64,000 bases of DNA from Armatimonadota bacterium (GCA_038207085.1 JBBRAE010000015.1:1-64000), one strand, 5' to 3'. Counted from the first letter of the stretch, positions 31,131 through 40,106 are shown. The notes: a model not told the origin generated them from the sequence alone. Made by a program: numbers and translations.

Positions 31131-32123
31131 ATGGCAGTACTCGTAACTGGCGGGCTGGGGTATGTTGGCTCGCATGCGGTGAAGCGCTTGGTAGATCGCG
31201 GCGGGCAGGTGGTTTGCCTGGACGATCTCTCGTTTGGACACAAGGGCGCGTCAAGCGGAAGTGAAGTCGTGACCGGCGATATCGGCGACGCGAAGCTCCT
31301 TCAGGAAATCTTCGCAAAGTATCCGATTGACGCTGTGATGCACTTTGCCGCGTTTGCAGCGGTCGGCGAGTCCGTGGAGAACCCTCAGAAGTATTACATC
31401 AACAATATCTCCAAGAGCCTCGTGTTGATCCAGGAAATGCTGCGCGCGGGAGTCAAGAGGATGATCTTCTCCTCCACAGCCGCGACGTTCGGTGAGCCGC
31501 AGGTGATCCCCATCCCTGAGGACCATCCCAAGGATCCGACCAACCCCTACGGGCGCTCGAAACTTATGCTCGAAGAGATTCTGGCCGAGTACGACACCGC
31601 CTACGACCTCAAGTGGACCGCACTTCGATATTTTAACGCATCCGGCGCTGACCCTTCGGGGACCATCGGTGAAGACCACACACCCGAGCATCACCTAATC
31701 CCACTGGTGTTCGACGTTGCGCTCGGCAAGCGTGAGAAGATTATGATGTTCGGCACAGACTGGCCGACACACGACGGAACCTGCATTCGCGACTACGTCC
31801 ACGTGACCGATCTCGCACAGGCGCACCTGCTTGCGCTTGAGGCGCTTGAGGCCGGTGGTAAAAGTACGGTATATAATATGGGTAACGGCAGCGGGTACAC
31901 CGTCAAAGAGGTCATCGAAATGGCCGCAGAGGTGACGGGCAAAGATATCCCCGCAGTAGCCGCTCCGAGAAGGGCAGGGGACCCGGCAAGGCTCGTTGCA
32001 AGCTCTGACAAGATCAAGAGTGAGCTAGGCTGGAAGCCCGAATACCCTGAACTCAGGACGATCATCGAGACCGCCTGGGCGTGGCACTCGTCGCATCCAA
32101 AAGGGTATGATGACAAGAGATAG
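31131..32123 (+). CDS. galE: UDP-glucose 4-epimerase
   Basis: TGGLGYVGSH, PYGRSK, LRYFNASGA, DGTCIRDYVHV. Confidence 0.96.
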   Translation: MAVLVTGGLGYVGSHAVKRLVDRGGQVVCLDDLSFGHKGASSGSEVVTGDIGDAKLLQEIFAKYPIDAVMHFAAFAAVGESVENPQKYYINNISKSLVLIQEMLRAGVKRMIFSSTAATFGEPQVIPIPEDHPKDPTNPYGRSKLMLEEILAEYDTAYDLKWTALRYFNASGADPSGTIGEDHTPEHHLIPLVFDVALGKREKIMMFGTDWPTHDGTCIRDYVHVTDLAQAHLLALEALEAGGKSTVYNMGNGSGYTVKEVIEMAAEVTGKDIPAVAAPRRAGDPARLVASSDKIKSELGWKPEYPELRTIIETAWAWHSSHPKGYDDKR

Positions 32124-32221
32124 AGGCTAGTGGCCAGGGTTGCTGCCGCCCAAACATTACAATTCAACAGGCATCGCCAGCAAGCTAATAGCTAATAGCT
32201 GCAAAAAAAGGAGAGTTCGTA

Positions 32222-33931
32222 GTGGAAAACATAGAGACGATTCGGCATTCCACGGCGCACGTTATGGCGCATGCGGTGGAGAATCTGTTCCCCGACGTGA
32301 AGATCGCGATCGGGCCGTCGATTGACGACGGGTTCTACTACGACTTCGACAAGTCGACGCCGTTTGTCCCTGAAGATCTCGCAAAGATCGAGAAGGAGAT
32401 GACAAGGGTCGTCAAGAAGAATAGCCCCTTCGTCCGCCGTGAAGTCACCAAGGCCGAAGCCAAAGAGATCTTCAAAGATCAGCCCTACAAGCTCGAACTG
32501 ATTCGCGATCTTGAAGACGAGACGCTCACAGTTTACGAAGAGGGCGGGTTTGTCGACCTCTGCCGCGGACCGCACGTCGAGGCCACCCGGAAGGTCGGCG
32601 CGTTCAAGCTTCTCTCCATCGCGGGCGCTTATTGGCGTGGCGACGAGAAAAACCCCATGCTTCAGCGCATCTACGGCACAGCGTGGGCGACCAAGGAAGA
32701 GCTAGAGGAGCACCTTCACAAGCTCGAAGAGGCCGAACGCCGCGATCACCGCAAGCTGGGTCGTGAGCTTGAGCTGTATTCGATCGAGGACGAAGTCGGC
32801 GCAGGGCTTGTGCTCTGGCACCCCAAGGGCGCGCTGATCCGAAAGATTATTGAAGACTATTGGCGCGACGCCCACTACAAGGGCGGCTACGACCTCGTGC
32901 AGACCCCGCACATCGCCCGGCAAGAGCTGTGGGTGACGAGCGGACACCTTGATTTTTACTCCGAAGGCATGTATGGGCCGATGGAGGTCGAGGGGCAGCC
33001 GTATCGCATCAAACCGATGAACTGCCCGTTCCACCTCGCGATCTACAAGACGCGCCTGAGGAGCTACAGGGAGTTCCCGATCCGCTGGGCGGAGCTTGGG
33101 ACGGTTTACCGCTTCGAGCGCTCAGGGACGCTCCACGGCCTGATGCGTGTGCGAGGATTCACACAGGACGATGCGCACATTTTCCTGACGCCCGATCAGC
33201 TTGACTCCGAGATTGAGCGGACGCTTCGTTTCTCAATCGAGATGCTGGCCGCGTTCGGGTTTACCGAATACGATATTTATCTGTCGACCAAGCCAGATGG
33301 CAAGTACGTCGGCTCTGACGAGAGCTGGGAGCAGGCGACCAACGCACTTCGGACATCGCTTGAGGCCGCTGGGCTTGAGTATAAGGTGGATGAGGGCGGC
33401 GGCGCGTTCTACGGGCCGAAGATCGACATCAAGATCAAGGATGCGATCGGTCGAATCTGGCAGTGCAGCACCATCCAGGTTGACTTCAACGAGCCCGAGC
33501 GATTCGATATTACATATATTGCTGACGACGGCAAGGCGCATCGGCCGATAATGATACATCGTGCGCTGCTCGGTTCCATCGAGCGGTTCTTCGGTGTATT
33601 GGTCGAGCACTACGCCGGTGCTTTCCCGCTGTGGCTTGCGCCGGTGCAGGCGGTCATTTTGCCGATCGCTGACCGACACCAGGATTATGCCCACAGTGTT
33701 GCCGAGAAACTGTCGGCGAAGGGCTTCCGGGTGAAAGTGGATGTTCGGAACGAAAAAACCGGGTATAAGATTCGGGAAGCGCAGGTTCAGAAGATACCTT
33801 ATATGCTCGTTGTTGGCGACCGCGAGGTCGAAAGCGAAGAGATTTCGGTGCGTTCCCGCGACCTCGGGGACCTCGGATCCAAGGGTGTCGATCAGTTTGC
33901 AGGTGAGCTTTCCACTGAATTAGGCTCTTAG
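32222..33931 (+). CDS. thrS: Threonine--tRNA ligase (short form without TGS domain)
   Basis: RHSTAH, DLCRGPH, RDHRKLG, KPMNCP, AFYGPKID. Confidence 0.98.
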   Translation: MENIETIRHSTAHVMAHAVENLFPDVKIAIGPSIDDGFYYDFDKSTPFVPEDLAKIEKEMTRVVKKNSPFVRREVTKAEAKEIFKDQPYKLELIRDLEDETLTVYEEGGFVDLCRGPHVEATRKVGAFKLLSIAGAYWRGDEKNPMLQRIYGTAWATKEELEEHLHKLEEAERRDHRKLGRELELYSIEDEVGAGLVLWHPKGALIRKIIEDYWRDAHYKGGYDLVQTPHIARQELWVTSGHLDFYSEGMYGPMEVEGQPYRIKPMNCPFHLAIYKTRLRSYREFPIRWAELGTVYRFERSGTLHGLMRVRGFTQDDAHIFLTPDQLDSEIERTLRFSIEMLAAFGFTEYDIYLSTKPDGKYVGSDESWEQATNALRTSLEAAGLEYKVDEGGGAFYGPKIDIKIKDAIGRIWQCSTIQVDFNEPERFDITYIADDGKAHRPIMIHRALLGSIERFFGVLVEHYAGAFPLWLAPVQAVILPIADRHQDYAHSVAEKLSAKGFRVKVDVRNEKTGYKIREAQVQKIPYMLVVGDREVESEEISVRSRDLGDLGSKGVDQFAGELSTELGS

Positions 33932-34007
33932 CCCGCTTTATTCGTTAAGCGAATAAAGCTTTCGCCAACAGAGCATTATTCACGCTACTCGTGAATAATG
34001 CGGGTTA
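33929..34007. repeat. 79-bp palindromic dispersed element, copy 2 (opposite orientation)
   Basis: TAGCCCGC...GCGGGTTA; its first TAG is the thrS stop codon. Confidence 0.9.
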
Positions 34008-34032
34008 GTGGAGAAAACGTTGACTGTTGTAG

Positions 34033-34061
34033 TTGACATCCGAGCCTGCGTTAGTTATACT
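34033..34061 (+). promoter_or_regulatory. Sigma70 promoter for infC-rpmI-rplT
   Basis: TTGACA-N17-TATACT. Confidence 0.8.
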
Positions 34062-34124
34062 ATCAAGAAGAATCCGGGGGGACGGCGCGTTAACGCGTCT
34101 CCCTGAGCCTGAGGTGTTACGACT

Positions 34125-34709
34125 ATAGAACGAGATTTCAGGGTCAACCGCGAGATTCGCGCTCGCGAGGTTCGTCTTATTGACGAAGAAGGCAATCAGG
34201 TCGGCGTTGTGCCGTTCCAGAAAGCCGCTGAAATGGCGATGTCCAAGAATATGGACCTCATTGAGGTTGCGCCTAGCGCTAACCCGCCGGTTTGCCGCAT
34301 CATGGACTACGGCAAGTACAAGTATGAACAGGGCAAGCGGGTAAGGGAAGCGCACAAGAAGCAGCGCACCAGCGAGATGAAGGGCGTCAGAATGCGGCCC
34401 GGCATCGATGAACATGACTTTCAGTTCAAGCTGAAAAATGCTATGAAGTTCCTGAAAGAAGGAGACAAGGTCAAGTTCACGATCATCTTCCGCAGCAGGG
34501 AGATCACGCATCCGGAGTTTGCTCGTCGCTCGCTGCAAAGAATTGCAGAGGCTGCCAAGGAGATCGCAACCACGGAGAAGTCGCCTTCGATGGAAGGCAG
34601 GACCATGATTATGATCCTTGCCCCCAGGGCTGCCGATCCCAAAGCTGAGAAGGAGAAAGCCGCCAAGACGAGCGCTCCTGCCGAAAAGAAGGAAGCACCC
34701 GCGAGTTAA
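34125..34709 (+). CDS. infC: Translation initiation factor IF-3, non-canonical ATA start
   Basis: Frame extends upstream of the tracked ORF as IERDFRVNREIRAREVRLID; GAGGTG 8 nt before ATA 34125. Confidence 0.95.
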   Translation: MERDFRVNREIRAREVRLIDEEGNQVGVVPFQKAAEMAMSKNMDLIEVAPSANPPVCRIMDYGKYKYEQGKRVREAHKKQRTSEMKGVRMRPGIDEHDFQFKLKNAMKFLKEGDKVKFTIIFRSREITHPEFARRSLQRIAEAAKEIATTEKSPSMEGRTMIMILAPRAADPKAEKEKAAKTSAPAEKKEAPAS

Positions 34710-34831
34710 CTCGATGGTTCCGCTTATAAGAGTCTCCCCCGGCGCTTTGGCGTCTGGGTGACATATATTCGTCTGCGTGCTGTTGGCTGTTGGCTAACTG
34801 TCGGCAGCTAATAGTAATAGTGAGGTATACA

Positions 34832-35029
34832 GTGCCTAAGATTAAAACTAACAAGACCGCTGCAAAGCGGTTCAGGATCACTGGAACCGGGAAGATTATG
34901 CGCTGCAGCACCCGGTTGAACCATCTTATGATTAGCAAATCGTCTTCGCGCCGTCGTCGTCTGACCGCTGGTGGTCAGGTAACCAAGGGCGAGGCGAAGA
35001 GAATCAGAAGGATGCTTCCCGGCATATAG
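34832..35029 (+). CDS. rpmI: 50S ribosomal protein L35
   Basis: MPKIKTNKTAAKRFRITGTGK; GTG start after GAGG. Confidence 0.96.
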   Translation: MPKIKTNKTAAKRFRITGTGKIMRCSTRLNHLMISKSSSRRRRLTAGGQVTKGEAKRIRRMLPGI

Positions 35030-35137
35030 ACCCTGGGGGGATGGGGGTCAGGGGATAGGGATTTGTGAGTCCTTAGCCCTCAGCCTCTAGCCCCAGGTCA
35101 TGCTCGGATATTGACTACGAAGTAGGAGAATACAGAT

Positions 35138-35497
35138 ATGCCACGCGTTAAACGCGGCACTATGACGCACAAGCGTCACAAGAAGATTCTGGCGCAGGCT
35201 TCAGGCTACTGGGGTGGGAGAAGTCGGCTTTTTAAGACAGCGAAAGAAGCTGTACATCACGCCGGACAGTATGCGTTCCGTGACAGACGGAACCGCAAGA
35301 GAGCTTTCCGCAGACTGTGGATCACGCGTATCAGTGCTGGGTGCAGAGAACTTGGTATGCCTTACAGCAGGTTTATCGAGGGTCTCACCAAGGCCGGTAT
35401 ACAGATCGACAGGAAAATGCTTTCCGAGTTGGCGATTCACGACGCGGACGCGTTCTCCCAGATTGTTGATCAGGCTAAAGCTCACGCTACTGGTTAA
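35138..35497 (+). CDS. rplT: 50S ribosomal protein L20
   Basis: [26 protein letters not shown]. Confidence 0.98.
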   Translation: MPRVKRGTMTHKRHKKILAQASGYWGGRSRLFKTAKEAVHHAGQYAFRDRRNRKRAFRRLWITRISAGCRELGMPYSRFIEGLTKAGIQIDRKMLSELAIHDADAFSQIVDQAKAHATG

Positions 35498-35768
35498 GTG
35501 AAACGGCGGCGTACAACGTTGCGTCGTCTGAGTATAGTCACAGATCCCGCAAAGGGCTGTGATAAGATGGGCCAGGGGTATTGTTCCCACAGGTCCACAA
35601 CAGATATATCGCCCAACGTCCAATGGTCATAGTCGTTCATCGCGCGCCGAAAACTCGATGTTTTTTGGCACGGCTGGCGGCTTAGGCAATTGGGCGTTGT
35701 GCTATCTTAGGGGTTGGAAGGCGCATGCACGGGCTGGCTCGTGGAGTCTTCCGCAAGTGAGTAGTGAT

Positions 35769-36761
35769 ATGGCGGAATTTGAGGCGATAACAAGTCTTGA
35801 GGCTGAGGCGGCGGGCAAAGTGGCCGCGTCGGGCTCTATCAAAGAGCTAGACGACCTCGATGTCGAGTTCCTCGGGCGCAAGGGCAAGGTGACACTGCTG
35901 CTTCGAAGCATCAGTGAGCAGCCTGCCGACCAACGGCCTGCGTTTGGTGGGCGGGTCAACTTGGCGAAGAACAACATCGCGGCTATGATTGTCGATCGGC
36001 GTGAGTCGCTTGGCACAGGTGAGTCGAAAGCAAGGCTAGTGGCTGAAGCGATCGACGTCACGATGCCGGGTAGGTTCTACGATGTCGGGCGGCCGCATGT
36101 TTTGGTCGAGACGATGGCCCAGATCAAGCGAATCTTCATTGGGCTCGGCTACGAGATCGTCGAAAGCCCCGAGATCGAGGAGTATCGTTACAACTTCGAG
36201 GCGCTGAACTACCCCGAGGAACACCCCGCGATGGACGAGCAGATGTCGTTCTACATCACGGATAAAAACCTGCTGCGCACTCAGACGACCGCCGTCCAGA
36301 AGCGCATAATGGACCAGCGCAAGCCCCCGCTTCGCATCTGCACCCTTGGCAAGTGCTTCAGGTATGAAGCCGTCGACGCGACCCACGGGCACACGTTCCA
36401 CCAGGTGGACTGTTTTGCGGTCGACGAGCATATCACGATGGCTGACCTGAAGGGCACGCTCGCACAGTTCTGCCACGAGATGTTTGGCCCTGATACGCGG
36501 GTGCGTTTCAGACCCGACTTTTTCCCCTTTGTTGAGCCCGGTGTCGAGATCGCTGCGAGCATCGGCGGCGGGAGATGGCTTGAGCTAGGCGGCGCGGGGA
36601 TGATTCACCCCAACGTGCTTGCGGCTTGTGGCATTGACTCCAACAAGTATTCCGGGTTTGCTTTTGGCTTGGGGATTGACCGCACGCCAATGATCAAGCA
36701 CGGCATTGACGATCTTCGCCTCTTTATGGAAAACGACCTTCGTTTCTTGAGACAATTCTGA
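35769..36761 (+). CDS. pheS: Phenylalanine--tRNA ligase alpha subunit
   Basis: LGRKG, HPAMD, LRTQT, FPFVEPG, GFAFGLG; start moved to ATG 35769. Confidence 0.97.
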   Translation: MAEFEAITSLEAEAAGKVAASGSIKELDDLDVEFLGRKGKVTLLLRSISEQPADQRPAFGGRVNLAKNNIAAMIVDRRESLGTGESKARLVAEAIDVTMPGRFYDVGRPHVLVETMAQIKRIFIGLGYEIVESPEIEEYRYNFEALNYPEEHPAMDEQMSFYITDKNLLRTQTTAVQKRIMDQRKPPLRICTLGKCFRYEAVDATHGHTFHQVDCFAVDEHITMADLKGTLAQFCHEMFGPDTRVRFRPDFFPFVEPGVEIAASIGGGRWLELGGAGMIHPNVLAACGIDSNKYSGFAFGLGIDRTPMIKHGIDDLRLFMENDLRFLRQF

Positions 36762-38851
36762 TGAGAGTTCCTGTTGAGTGGATAAGTGAATATGTAGACA
36801 TTCAGGCCCCTATTGATGAGCTTGCTGACTTGCTCACGATGGCCGGGCTTGAGGTGGAGGAGATCCAGGCGATCTCACCCGACGACCTTGCACGAAGCGG
36901 CGGAGTTCCCGATAGCCGCGACGCGCGCGTCATGCTGACCAAAGTCACCCCGAACCGAGGCGACTGGCTCTCCATGATCGGCGTCGCCAGGGAGATTGCG
37001 GCCAACACGGGCTGGAAGTTCAAGCTTCCTGAGCCTCAGGTCGAAGGCGCCGGGGCGGACGTGGCGGGCCAGATCAAGATCAGCATCGCCGACCCCGACC
37101 TTTGCAATCGCTACGTCGGCATGGTCATCAGGGGTGTTCAGATCAAGGAGTCCCCGACCTGGCTCAAGAACCGTCTTGTTATGGCCGGTATGCGCCCGAT
37201 CAACAATATTGTCGACATCACAAACTACGTGATGCTTGAGCTTGGGCAGCCGCTCCACGCTTTTGACTACGACCTCGTTCAGGGACATGAGATCATCGTT
37301 CGCCGGGCAAAAGAGGGCGAGAAGATCACCTCGATCGACCAGGCTGAGCGCGAACTTCGTCCTGACACTCTCGTGATCGCCGACGCAGGCCGCGCAGTCG
37401 CGATCGCCGGGGTGATGGGCGGGTTTGAAAGCGAAGTCACTCACACTACGACCAATATTCTTCTTGAATCGGCAAACTTCGACGCGGTTTCCATCAGACG
37501 TACATCAAAAGTCCTTGGGCTTGTGACCGAGTCGAGCTATCGATTCGAGCGAGGCGTGGACCCTGAAATCGCCGCGCTTGCCGCCCCCCGAGCAGCCGAG
37601 CTTATGGCTGAACTCGCCGGTGGAGAGATCGCGTCGGGGATGGTCGACGTTTACCCCGGCAAGAAGGAACCGAAGAAGATCGTTGTGCGCCCAGAGCGCG
37701 TCGACGCGCTCCTTGGCGAGCATATTGACCCAGCTGCCGCCGTAAGCCACCTGATTGCGCTGCAGATTCCTGCAGAGTTCCTGGACGGCAAGATTGTCGC
37801 AACCGCGCCGAGCTTCAGGTCCGATATTGCGATCGAAGTGGATATCATTGAGGAGATCGCCCGCATCCACGGCTATGAGAACATCCTTGAAACGCTGCCT
37901 TCGTTCCCGCTTCAGGGCAAAGACAGCGATGCAGGTCTCTTTGTCGAGGAGCTTCGCCAGGCGATGATGGCCGCTGGCATGCAGGAAGTGCTCACTCACA
38001 GCGTGGTCGACCCGGTGAGTGTCGAGCTCTCAGGCTACGGAGAGAAGATCCTGCCGCTAAAGAACCCGCTTTCTGAAGATGTTTCCCGCATGCGCCCGAT
38101 GCTTGCGCCGAACCTGCTGCAGGTGATCACCCGCAACCAGGCCGTCGGGGCCAAAGACATCAGCATATTTGAGATCGGTAAGGTTTATCGGAGGACGGAC
38201 ACCGGCGGGATATACGAGTATCGATCCGCCGCCGGCGCGATGGTCGGCAGCCAGTGGGCGAGCGCGTGGAGCATCAATCGCGATACCCTTGCAGCGGACT
38301 TTTTCCTCACAAAAGGTGCGCTCATCGGCGCGCTCACCCGAATCGGTGTGAAGAACATCACAGTCGAGCCCGCGGAGCACCCACTGCTTCACCCGACCCG
38401 ATCTGCCCGTGTGCTGGTTGACGGCGAAGAGATCGGAATCCTTGGCGAGGCCTCTCCTGAGGCGCGCGAGAAGCTCGATCTTCGTGGCCGCCCTTGCGTC
38501 TTTGAGTTTGATGTCGAGAAGCTGATGGGCCTTGTCCCTGTGACTGTTGGCTACAAGCAGCTTCCGAGGTTCCCCGCGATTCACAGGCACATAGGCGTCG
38601 TGCTGAAGCGGGACCTGCCCTATGTCGATGTTTTGGGGAACATACGCCAGTCCGGCGGCGAGATTATCGAGGGCGTCGAGCTTCTCGATGTCTACACTGG
38701 CTCCCAGGTCGGCGCAGATGAGAAGAGTTTCACCCTTTCACTTGTTTTCCGCTCACCTGAGCGCACCCTTACCGACGATGAGGTCAATGGCGTCCTCGAA
38801 TCGGTCAAGACCAGACTGGCATCAACCTTCGAAGCCAGCTTCAGGGGATAA
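36761..38851 (+). CDS. pheT: Phenylalanine--tRNA ligase beta subunit (B2 domain absent)
   Basis: TPNRGD, GQPLHAFD, SYRFERG, FDX-ACB C-terminus. Confidence 0.96.
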   Translation: MRVPVEWISEYVDIQAPIDELADLLTMAGLEVEEIQAISPDDLARSGGVPDSRDARVMLTKVTPNRGDWLSMIGVAREIAANTGWKFKLPEPQVEGAGADVAGQIKISIADPDLCNRYVGMVIRGVQIKESPTWLKNRLVMAGMRPINNIVDITNYVMLELGQPLHAFDYDLVQGHEIIVRRAKEGEKITSIDQAERELRPDTLVIADAGRAVAIAGVMGGFESEVTHTTTNILLESANFDAVSIRRTSKVLGLVTESSYRFERGVDPEIAALAAPRAAELMAELAGGEIASGMVDVYPGKKEPKKIVVRPERVDALLGEHIDPAAAVSHLIALQIPAEFLDGKIVATAPSFRSDIAIEVDIIEEIARIHGYENILETLPSFPLQGKDSDAGLFVEELRQAMMAAGMQEVLTHSVVDPVSVELSGYGEKILPLKNPLSEDVSRMRPMLAPNLLQVITRNQAVGAKDISIFEIGKVYRRTDTGGIYEYRSAAGAMVGSQWASAWSINRDTLAADFFLTKGALIGALTRIGVKNITVEPAEHPLLHPTRSARVLVDGEEIGILGEASPEAREKLDLRGRPCVFEFDVEKLMGLVPVTVGYKQLPRFPAIHRHIGVVLKRDLPYVDVLGNIRQSGGEIIEGVELLDVYTGSQVGADEKSFTLSLVFRSPERTLTDDEVNGVLESVKTRLASTFEASFRG

Positions 38852-38938
38852 ACAGACCGGATATAGGAAGTGCCGGCTATAAATCGAAGGACCATACCAG
38901 ACCGCTGTGGAAGGAACTGCGGCGAAAGGAGACAAAAG

Positions 38939-39589
38939 ATGGTTGTGGATAGTCAGGGCTCTGTAGCTGACCTGGAGTCTATAATCTGCCGTCTGCGCGA
39001 CGTGATTTCCGCTCGCGTTATTACCGGGGACACCGGCGATATCGTGGAAATCCACGTGCTAACAGAGGCAACTAGAGCGCCAAAGCAGGTGGTTCGAGAT
39101 ATCGAGTCCGCTGTGATGGCAACACTGGGAATGGAGCTTGACCATAGGAAGGTCAGTGTGGCCCAGGTGGCAGGTAACGGCCACAAGCCTCAGCAGCAAG
39201 GACGCCTGAAGTTCTCCGATGTAAGTATTTCCCTGGACGGAAGCCGGGCCGAGGCAACGGTGCATCTCGGACGTAGTGGCGTCGTTCACACGGGCACAGC
39301 AAGCGGCCTAAGCTCCAGCAACAGTCAGATGAAGCTGGTCGCAACCGCGACACTTCGCGCTGTTGAAGACGCTGGTGCGGCCGATGGCACAATGGTGGTC
39401 GAGGATATGACCACTGGCGTGACCCTTGCCGGCAAGAACATAGTTGTCGTGCTTGTAAACAACGTGACTGACCGTGGGGATGATCTCCTCACTGGGTCGG
39501 CGGTTGTCAAGCAGGATTTATGGAAGGCCGTGGTTAATGCTACTCTAGACGCCATTAACAGGCGAGTTACATTGACAACCGGCGATTGA
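38939..39589 (+). CDS. Conserved hypothetical two-domain cytoplasmic protein
   Basis: EIHVL...PKQVVRDIES...DHRKVSVAQ domain plus alpha/beta C-terminal domain ending ATLDAINRR; AAGGAG before ATG 38939. Confidence 0.8.
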   Translation: MVVDSQGSVADLESIICRLRDVISARVITGDTGDIVEIHVLTEATRAPKQVVRDIESAVMATLGMELDHRKVSVAQVAGNGHKPQQQGRLKFSDVSISLDGSRAEATVHLGRSGVVHTGTASGLSSSNSQMKLVATATLRAVEDAGAADGTMVVEDMTTGVTLAGKNIVVVLVNNVTDRGDDLLTGSAVVKQDLWKAVVNATLDAINRRVTLTTGD

Positions 39590-39602
39590 TCCATGCTCTA
39601 CA

Positions 39603-39628
39603 AGGGGCGGGCGTAAGTGTTCGCCCCT
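39603..39628 (+). terminator. GC-rich hairpin (weak terminator or stabilising stem)
   Basis: AGGGGCGGGCG/TGTTCGCCCCT stem; no clear U-tract. Confidence 0.45.
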
Positions 39629-39632
39629 CATA

Positions 39633-39996
39633 TATAGTCTCAGGATTAGTCGATGATAGATTCGAGCCAATGACGCGAGCGAAATGGTATTGAGCGGTAA
39701 ATATTTCGACCCGAGCGGAGCGGTCTATTCATCCCTGTGAGCGGTACGGGGATAGATTAACGCGAAAGGGGTTGAAAATACAAATGGCACGTCTGTTCAA
39801 GGTTCTGATCGCTCTGGCGACTCTGGCTGCAACCTGCGGCGCAGCGTATAAGTTTTATCCGCCTCCCCCTATCTAGTGCTTAGCTTGTAGTTATGCACTT
39901 GATTGGCCGGAACGCAGGATGTAACCCGGTAAGTTTGAACCAGACTGCCCTCGTCGTTGGCTCTAATCTCTTATCGATACCCCTGAGATCGCTATG
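39633..39996 (+). ncRNA. Putative large structured RNA / structured small mRNA enclosing a peptide ORF
   Basis: Long-range pairing 39650-39675 with 39952-39977 and 39638-39644 with 39982-39988; several internal hairpins. Confidence 0.6.
39784..39876 (+). CDS. Unannotated 30-aa signal-peptide-like precursor MARLFKVLIALATLAATCGAAYKFYPPPPI
   Basis: ATG 39784 to TAG 39876; purine-rich AAAGGGGT upstream; basic n-region, hydrophobic h-region, short polar tail. Confidence 0.7.
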   Translation: MARLFKVLIALATLAATCGAAYKFYPPPPI

Positions 39997-40106
39997 GATA
40001 TCAAGATTCTACGGATGGACGGCATAATAGAATATTGGGACGATGTTTCGTCGGACTGGAGAAAGGCCTTCAACCGCGTTGACTTATAGCGGCTCAGGTG
40101 GATCGT

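Noticed and set aside
35498..35768. T-box leader before pheS, or N-terminal extension of PheS from 35559
   Set aside because: No T-box consensus (GGTGGNACCGCG) with terminator; the extension has no PheS-like sequence
39633..39996. Retron msr-msd or transposon ends as explanation of the long inverted repeat
   Set aside because: No reverse transcriptase or transposase in the window, no evident target-site duplication, and the interior holds a plausible peptide ORF
39600..40100. c-di-GMP riboswitch, tmRNA, RNase P, SRP or 6S RNA
   Set aside because: I could not find their hallmark sequences (e.g. GGCAAAC/GACGCAAAGC, GAGGAAAGTCC, tRNA-like ends); an Rfam scan would be needed to exclude them formally
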